Shown here piece by piece: positions 57,775 through 64,000 of a DNA stretch of 64,000 nucleotides. Both the position numbers and the translations under genes were made by a program. Each line of letters opens with the position of its first letter. Positions within the stretch are counted from its first letter, which is position 1. The stretch comes from a virus: IMG/VR virus record IMGVR_UViG_3300016472_000940, positions 57,025 to 121,024 of that record; one strand, 5' to 3'. The notes under the pieces were generated by a model, which worked only from the letters and a program-made list of their open reading frames with translations, was not told the origin of the DNA and did not search any database.

Positions 57775-58592
57775 TGATATTTACATGTCATTTTAATTTT
57801 TTTAAAAACCCTTACAGAGAGCAATTACTAAATAAGTTTACATCAACCTACCCGAAATGTAAGGTTATAGAATATAGCGATCTTAATAATATAATTTTTA
57901 TTAAGGAAAACCTCCTTAACAATTTAATTAGTCAATGGATTGAAGAGACAGATTACGTTTTTTGGGTAGATTATGATGTAGAGTTTATTGATAAGGATTG
58001 GTATAACAAGGCTATAGATAAATTAAATGAAGGTTTTGATATAATTCAGCCCTTTGATATGACGTTTCATGAAAATAAGCACTCAATATTAATACAGAAA
58101 CAGCCTGGGTATGTATCCACAAAAAAAACTTGCAACACAATTTATGGGCATTGCGGGTTTGCATGGGGAATGACAAAGAAAACGTTTTTACATTTAAAAG
58201 GACTTTATGAGTATAATATTTTTGGTACAAGCGATGGTGTTATGTCTAGTTGTTTTACACAATCACCTATTCCTTTGTTCCAAGACATTGAGCCATCTAC
58301 ACGAAAACTACCTTTTTACCCTTTTTCACAAGGTCACTGTAATACTATTCAAGAATATTATAAAATGTGTAGAGATCTTAAAAGTTCTTTTATCCAAGGA
58401 ACCGTAATTCATAGATATCATGGGGAGTTGTGGAGACGAAACTATATTAATAGATATAAATTGTATGAGCAAAATAATTTTGATCCCCAGCAAATGCTAT
58501 TCAAAGAAAACAATATACTCAAAATAAAACCTGAATTTAGTAGTCTAAAAAAAGATGCAGAGGCATTTCTTAAATTTAAGGAAACTATTTAA
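57774..58592 (+). CDS. GT-A glycosyltransferase-like protein
   Basis: KENLLN, YVFWVDYDV (DxD), IIQPF, GHCGFAW, G.SD, H.YHG...R.Y..R. Confidence 0.65.
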   Translation: MIFTCHFNFFKNPYREQLLNKFTSTYPKCKVIEYSDLNNIIFIKENLLNNLISQWIEETDYVFWVDYDVEFIDKDWYNKAIDKLNEGFDIIQPFDMTFHENKHSILIQKQPGYVSTKKTCNTIYGHCGFAWGMTKKTFLHLKGLYEYNIFGTSDGVMSSCFTQSPIPLFQDIEPSTRKLPFYPFSQGHCNTIQEYYKMCRDLKSSFIQGTVIHRYHGELWRRNYINRYKLYEQNNFDPQQMLFKENNILKIKPEFSSLKKDAEAFLKFKETI

Positions 58593-59446
58593 TGATTGGT
58601 ATTGTTATTAATACTGGTTATCATAACGCAACCGGGCTCTGTTTATACAAAATATTAAATGATTTAGGGGTAGATGTCTCTTTTAAAATACTTAATAATA
58701 GGTTTAATTTTAGAGGCTTATGCGAAAAATATAACCTTAAAGTATCTGATTATGAAAAATACGATATGTGTTTTGTAGTGACAGAAAAAGAACAGGATTA
58801 TGTACCTAATTTCTCATCACCTACTCTTAAAAATAATAAATTAATTTTTATTAATCATCGACCATTAAAAACGAATAATATTACACAAAAGTTTTTTCCT
58901 AAAAGCTTGAATTTAGCTAACGGTATCTATGAATCACCCTACAGTGATAATTATTTTTTGCAAGTTGAGTATCCATTTGCAGTAAATTCTCTTAAGACGG
59001 AATCTATAGGAGTAACCTGTAATTTCTTAAATAAAGGAGCTGACTTAAATCTTGTAGAAAATCTTAGGCACAAGCTTTCTTTGCCGATGACATTTATAGG
59101 TAGAGGAAGTAAAAACTTATCTGACAATTCTTATCAAGATTTGTCTCATGTAGAGCTGTTTGATTTGCTGAGCCGTCAAAAATTTTTATTATTACCTTAT
59201 ACTAATAATGAATATATTGATACTAAAATTAGCGAGACATATACTCATAGTATATCCTTAGAAATACCTTTAATATGCTATTCAAAATTTATGACACCCT
59301 ATAATTTGCCGCATTTAAGTTTAGATAATAAACTAGATTTAAATAGCTTTGACTATAATAATTTCTGCAAACAGGTAAAAAAATTTAAAGAAGACGCAGC
59401 TGTCTATAATAAAAATATAATCACAAAATATCTTGAAATGCTCTAG
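58592..59446 (+). CDS. Possible glycosyltransferase (GT-B-like)
   Basis: 284 aa; C-terminal FLLLP...Y...KIS......SLEIPLI resembles GT-B. Confidence 0.45.
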   Translation: MIGIVINTGYHNATGLCLYKILNDLGVDVSFKILNNRFNFRGLCEKYNLKVSDYEKYDMCFVVTEKEQDYVPNFSSPTLKNNKLIFINHRPLKTNNITQKFFPKSLNLANGIYESPYSDNYFLQVEYPFAVNSLKTESIGVTCNFLNKGADLNLVENLRHKLSLPMTFIGRGSKNLSDNSYQDLSHVELFDLLSRQKFLLLPYTNNEYIDTKISETYTHSISLEIPLICYSKFMTPYNLPHLSLDNKLDLNSFDYNNFCKQVKKFKEDAAVYNKNIITKYLEML

Positions 59447-60119
59447 TTAAGTCTATCTTATAATCAGTCTTTATATTACTAAAGTTTATAAAAATATCTT
59501 TTAAATTTCTTGTTTCGCTTTTAATTGTTTTTGGAACTTCATTTTTATACTCTAAACCTATAAAATTAAAAATTTTTTTTAAATTTTTATTGATAGAGTT
59601 ATACTCATATACTTGATAATTTATTTTATGTTTTTTAATAAAATTTATTATAGTCATAATAGCTCTTCTCATATTAAAGATATAATTATTAAACAAAAGA
59701 TTGTTAAAAAAAAGTCTTTTACTAGACTTTAATTTTTTAATTTCTTTAGTATCATTAAAAGAATTAAAGATTTTTGCTAACTCATTTGAGCTGTATTGCT
59801 CTAAAATATTTTCTCTATATAAAAAAAGTATCTTAGTAGGTAAAATAAGATTAATTAAATTAAAATTTTCTAAATTAATTATATCTTCTGCACTAACTGT
59901 ATAGAGATAGCAAGTTTTTTCACCTAATTCGTCGATACGAAGTATAATGTTTTGTACAGTACTGGTATAAGCCTCTTTTTTCTTGTCTATACTTAAATTA
60001 ATAAACGGTCTAAAGACTTCATTTTCAACCACTATATTGTTATTTTGTTGCAGTACAGATCTTAACATTGTCGACCCACATCTCCGGGTAATAGCTAGCA
60101 TTATAACGTCTTTAGCCAT
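59421..60119 (-). CDS. Sulfotransferase (Stf0-like)
   Basis: TRRCGSTML (PAPS loop), E.F, LYRENILEQYSS, YE. Confidence 0.7.
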   Translation of the reverse strand: MAKDVIMLAITRRCGSTMLRSVLQQNNNIVVENEVFRPFINLSIDKKKEAYTSTVQNIILRIDELGEKTCYLYTVSAEDIINLENFNLINLILPTKILFLYRENILEQYSSNELAKIFNSFNDTKEIKKLKSSKRLFFNNLLFNNYIFNMRRAIMTIINFIKKHKINYQVYEYNSINKNLKKIFNFIGLEYKNEVPKTIKSETRNLKDIFINFSNIKTDYKIDLTRAFQDIL

Positions 60120-60134
60120 AATTAATAATAATTT

Positions 60135-60941
60135 ATGCGAGGATTAGAAATAACAACAGTTACAGGGTGTGGTATAAACTGCTCTTACTGTCCGCAAGAC
60201 GTTTTTGTAAAAGCTTATAATTCTAAGCAAAAAAAATTATCATTTGAAAACTTTAAGCATATAATAGATAAGCTTCCCAAAGATATTAACCTTCACTTTA
60301 CAGGGTTTTCAGAACCTTTTTTTAATACAGACTGCTATAAAATGGCCGCGTACGCAAAAGATAAAAATTTTTATACAAAAATATCCACCACCCTCTACAA
60401 AGCTAGTAGCGATAATATTAATTCTCTTATTGTAAGAAAAAGACTGTATGATAAAGTAATACTACATCTACCAGCAGACAATAACAATATGAATATAGTT
60501 GTTGATGAGAATTATATTAATAATGTAGAGAGAGTCATAAGCTCGTTAATACCTAGTGATTCAATAGTAATTTTTGGTAAAAAAATAAATCCTAAACTAA
60601 AATTTACTAGAAATTTAGCAAATATAAGTTATCTTTCCCTAGATTATAATAAATGGACTGGTAGAGCCGGTCATTTAGAATATGAGCATAAAATTAACCA
60701 TACTCATTTAGAAAAAATTAAATGCTCTAAAAACAGAACAACACAAAATGTTTTACTACCAAACGGTGATGTTGTATTATGTTGTATGGATTGGAAGCTG
60801 GAGTATAAATTGGGAAATCTTTTAACTCAAGATTATGAAGATCTTCATAATTCTGATGTATATAAATATATTATTAAATCAATGTCAGATAATACAGCTA
60901 AAACTTTATGCTGGAAATGTGAGTATGCAACAGCCGCCTAA
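60135..60941 (+). CDS. Radical SAM/SPASM protein
   Basis: CGINCSYCPQ, GFSEP, C-terminal C...LPNGDVVLCCMD...GNL...CWKCE. Confidence 0.88.
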   Translation: MRGLEITTVTGCGINCSYCPQDVFVKAYNSKQKKLSFENFKHIIDKLPKDINLHFTGFSEPFFNTDCYKMAAYAKDKNFYTKISTTLYKASSDNINSLIVRKRLYDKVILHLPADNNNMNIVVDENYINNVERVISSLIPSDSIVIFGKKINPKLKFTRNLANISYLSLDYNKWTGRAGHLEYEHKINHTHLEKIKCSKNRTTQNVLLPNGDVVLCCMDWKLEYKLGNLLTQDYEDLHNSDVYKYIIKSMSDNTAKTLCWKCEYATAA

Positions 60942-61887
60942 TTTTCCAGTAATTAAAAGTATATCTAATGATATATTTGGAATTAATTTTGTTATTAATA
61001 CTAAATGTAATCAGAGATGCAAATACTGTCATCCAAACTTTTATGAAGGTAGGTTTCCTGGGATTTTACCCGAAACTTATATTAATTTTTTTAATAATCT
61101 TGTAGTAGACAATCCTGTAATTCAGCAAAAAGCACAAAGAAAGATTACTATAACAGGCGGTGAACCCAGTTTCTATAAAGGCGTAGAAGATGTTATTAAG
61201 TGTCTCAAATCTCTCAATTTTCTAGTAGCTATGAACACCAATTTAGGAAATAATTTTGATTTTTGGGATAGAGTATCAGATACTATGGATATATTATACC
61301 CAAGTTTTCATCCTAGATATGCAAACATAGATCATTTTGAGAAAATAATTAATCTTTTTCTTAAAAAAAATAAATTTGTTGAACTACATGTATTAATGGA
61401 TCCGGAATATTGGGATAAAGCTGTAGAGGCTTCTAATTATTTTTTTAAAATGGATAATATAACCGTTAACAATAAAGGAATTTTAGATATTAATATTAAT
61501 AAAAAATATTTTATCAACACATACACAGAAGATCAAATTAATTTTATAAAAAATAATCCTTCAAATAAAAAATTTGCTGTAAAAACTGATCATATAGTGG
61601 TAGAATGGTTTGATGGTAGAAAAACCAATTTAGATGCTCAGGAAATACTTGTAAATAATTATCATAACTTTAATAAAATTTTTTGTCATGCTGGTAAGAA
61701 CGCTTTAAATATAAAAGAAAGCGGCTCGATATATGGGGCCTGTTGTGGAATGAAGTATTTTGGTAATTTGCATGAGACACCAAATTTAAGAATTAAGCTT
61801 AATAATCGACCAGTTCAATGCACTAAAACCGCTTGTCCTCATATTTTTGATATGAAAATACATAAATCATATGATTTCTCTGTATAG
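60925..61887 (+). CDS. Radical SAM protein with C-terminal Cys cluster
   Basis: CNQRCKYC, TGGEPS, TN, SFHP, CHAG...CC...GN...C...C; probable start ATG 60925. Confidence 0.85.
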   Translation: MQQPPNFPVIKSISNDIFGINFVINTKCNQRCKYCHPNFYEGRFPGILPETYINFFNNLVVDNPVIQQKAQRKITITGGEPSFYKGVEDVIKCLKSLNFLVAMNTNLGNNFDFWDRVSDTMDILYPSFHPRYANIDHFEKIINLFLKKNKFVELHVLMDPEYWDKAVEASNYFFKMDNITVNNKGILDININKKYFINTYTEDQINFIKNNPSNKKFAVKTDHIVVEWFDGRKTNLDAQEILVNNYHNFNKIFCHAGKNALNIKESGSIYGACCGMKYFGNLHETPNLRIKLNNRPVQCTKTACPHIFDMKIHKSYDFSV

Positions 61888-62493
61888 TGGGTTTATATCT
61901 TTAATTATCATTTTTCTGCAATCTCTATAATTAACTATAGGGGTGTAGTATTCACCTACTGTGATATATTCTTTTAACTTCAAAAGACCATTTATACATT
62001 CTCTATTATTAAGTTTATAATGATATCCAATGTCAAAATATATTTGTTGTTCTTTTTCTATTGTTTTATTATTAATATTTCTACCGTCAAATCTTAATTT
62101 ATTAAGCTGTTTGTATTTTTCCTCATTATCGAGCAAAATTGCCCCGCCTCGACCTAAATCTAACGGTTTATTCTCGCCAAAACTTAAGCAAATATAGCTA
62201 TCAGGAATATACATATTAGGAGTAAATTTTCTAGCACTATCCCATATGCTTGTATTGTGAAATTTATACATTCCGCTCCATTTTTCGAATATTAGATTAA
62301 ATGATACATTTAAGTTTTTTAATAACATTGGTATACCAACATAAGTAAAACAAGTAAATTTAACAAAACTTGGATTTAAAACTCTAAAACATAGTTCTAA
62401 GGCCTGTGTACATGAGCATGTCGTAATTACATATGGAGCTCCTGTAAATTTTGATATTTCTTCTTCAAATTTAAATATATCTTTAAATTTCAT
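61867..62493 (-). CDS. DegT/DnrJ-family PLP aminotransferase (short)
   Basis: FEEEI..FTGA.Y.....SCT.AL, DSA, SFGENKPL..GRGGAIL. Confidence 0.75.
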   Translation of the reverse strand: MKFKDIFKFEEEISKFTGAPYVITTCSCTQALELCFRVLNPSFVKFTCFTYVGIPMLLKNLNVSFNLIFEKWSGMYKFHNTSIWDSARKFTPNMYIPDSYICLSFGENKPLDLGRGGAILLDNEEKYKQLNKLRFDGRNINNKTIEKEQQIYFDIGYHYKLNNRECINGLLKLKEYITVGEYYTPIVNYRDCRKMIIKDINPLYREII

Positions 62494-63376
62494 AACTCAA
62501 TATTTTGTTTTTAAATAATAAAAATTGGTTCAATCCATAATTTTCTTCTATTAATTTTCGGTATAAGTTTGAATTATAAGTGGAGTTTAAATGTTTTTCT
62601 ATTTCTCTTAAAGAATTATATGAAAATTTCTCAAAAACACAGCCTGGGTAATTTCTAACAATAGGTTTTATACCTTTTACTAGTGCCTCTAAAACACAAT
62701 TTGGTAGACCTTCAGATATTGATGTTGTTATCAAGTAATTTTTATCGTTTAAAAAAGTATTCATTTGTTCCTGTGTTTTAATGTTTTCATGGAGAGTTAT
62801 ATTCTTTAGATCATAGTGTTTTATAAAATCTAAATAAAGCTCTTTCGAAGGACCAGGCGATATGGCGCAGTGAAACTCATAGGCTTTAAAATGATTTGCC
62901 ACCTCTATCAAGAAGTCTGGTGCTTTTCTATCTTTTAGCTCACCAACCCACGCAATTTTATTTCCAGGTTGCCTTGTCTTAAAATCCCATAAGCGTTCAT
63001 CAATATAATTTTTTTCAATCTCTGAATCTATATTATATTTTATTTTTAATTTATTTTGTAAAAAATTATTTAAAGTATATACTTTTGTAAACTTATGTTT
63101 TGATTGAATAATTAGTGACTGTAAATTATCATAAAGTTCATGCCGTCTGAAAAATATAATATTTTTTCCCTTGCCGTTTGCTTTTAATATATATTGTAAA
63201 CTATTACGTTCCGCAAATAAAAATATTTTGTTTGCATCAGGTGACATACTGTTTATTTCATCACTCTTACAAGGATCGATGAGCTTTGCATTGAATTCAT
63301 TACAAAAGATGTCTTTATAAAAATGTTTGTAGGGAGCTACTATATAGTCAATAATCATTAATGTATTACTTAGCAT
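62483..63376 (-). CDS. Glycosyltransferase family 4 (GT-B)
   Basis: WVGEL..RK, TSISEGLPNCVLEAL..GI.P. Confidence 0.8.
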   Translation of the reverse strand: MLSNTLMIIDYIVAPYKHFYKDIFCNEFNAKLIDPCKSDEINSMSPDANKIFLFAERNSLQYILKANGKGKNIIFFRRHELYDNLQSLIIQSKHKFTKVYTLNNFLQNKLKIKYNIDSEIEKNYIDERLWDFKTRQPGNKIAWVGELKDRKAPDFLIEVANHFKAYEFHCAISPGPSKELYLDFIKHYDLKNITLHENIKTQEQMNTFLNDKNYLITTSISEGLPNCVLEALVKGIKPIVRNYPGCVFEKFSYNSLREIEKHLNSTYNSNLYRKLIEENYGLNQFLLFKNKILSYEI

Positions 63377-63396
63377 GAAATATATAAATAATCAAT

Positions 63397-63612
63397 ATGG
63401 CCATTATACCTGTATCCACCTTGAAAGCAGCATTTGAATCCGGAGACACTCCCACCGGTTCAGATTTTGCCAACTTGATTGATACCACCTACAACTTTCC
63501 TAATTCTGCAACGGGAGTGGTAACCGGGCTTACTCTAACGGTATCAACCTCAGGGATCCCTGTGTTATTGAACGGGCAAACACTGTATATTCCACTGTTC
63601 ACAGCTAGTTAA
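63397..63612 (+). CDS. Small virion protein
   Basis: LKAAFESGDTPTGSDFANLIDT motif typical of fibre N-termini; TATAAATA at 63383-63390. Confidence 0.6.
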   Translation: MAIIPVSTLKAAFESGDTPTGSDFANLIDTTYNFPNSATGVVTGLTLTVSTSGIPVLLNGQTLYIPLFTAS

Positions 63613-63641
63613 ACTAGTCTTTTTTTATATTTTTAACCAAA

Positions 63642-63667
63642 AAAAGAGGCCCTTGCGGGCCTCTTTT
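63642..63667. terminator. Bidirectional intrinsic terminator
   Basis: AAAAGAGGCCC-TTGC-GGGCCTCTTTT hairpin with A/T tracts on both sides, between convergent genes. Confidence 0.85.
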
Positions 63668-63712
63668 AAACCAGGACATACTGGAAATTTTTTTGTCTCT
63701 ACCGAGATTCGC

Positions 63713-64000
63713 TTAGAAGTACACCGACGTTGTCGCAGGTGTAAATCCTTGACCGAGTCCACTCAACAGAATGGTGTGGTAATACAGATTAGCGCCGAAG
63801 ATATTATCGACAACGCCATAACGTGTTAGCAAGCCAACACGAGGACTGAAGTCGTTCGGGCCAATTGTACGCTGTACCATTACTGGAATGTATGGGCAAT
63901 AAATGATACCGGTGTCATAGAACTCCGGACCCTTATAACCCAACAGAGCGTATTCAACGCGTGTTTGACGCAAGCCGCCCTCAAATTGGGCTTCTGTGCG
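63713..64000 (-). CDS. Major capsid protein (T4 gp23-like), C-terminal part
   Basis: LGYKG...YDTGIIYCPYIP......GPNDFSPRVGLLTRYGVVDN; the ORF continues past the window end. Confidence 0.92.
   Translation of the reverse strand, partial: RTEAQFEGGLRQTRVEYALLGYKGPEFYDTGIIYCPYIPVMVQRTIGPNDFSPRVGLLTRYGVVDNIFGANLYYHTILLSGLGQGFTPATTSVYF

Noticed and set aside
1-64000. Stop-codon reassignment
   Set aside because: Recognisable genes are full length under the standard code, and TAA, TAG and TGA are all used as stops.

Overview
This is a 64 kb segment of a large T4-like (myovirus) bacteriophage genome. It uses the standard code, and I saw no tRNA, rRNA or CRISPR array. Core genes are gp15-like tail terminator, gp62-like clamp-loader subunit, GroES, portal gp20, gp5-like baseplate hub, nrdA/nrdB, dCMP deaminase, several tail-fibre genes and the 3' end of major capsid gp23. 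Five things stand out. (1) A phage ribosomal protein bS21 sits behind a late promoter. (2) A compact 7-deazaguanine DNA-modification cluster (TGT/DpdA-like, PurN-like formyltransferase, GMP reductase, DUF1599, P-loop kinase, QueF) suggests formyl-preQ1 DNA coupled to guanine-pool depletion. (3) Two AT-rich tailoring-enzyme islands flank tail-fibre genes: 12.6-25.5 kb (Asn synthetase, radical SAM, four 2OG-Fe oxygenases, methyltransferases, GT8, two possible ABBA-barrel prenyltransferase-like paralogues) and 57.8-63.4 kb (GTs, sulfotransferase, two radical SAMs, DegT). (4) Three unrelated late proteins share an N-terminal M[KD]F...LE tag resembling a capsid-targeting sequence. (5) Promoters abut start codons with almost no leader, and two tandem fibre paralogues share a 270-bp near-identical repeat. 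All family calls are from motif recognition only; no database search was run.
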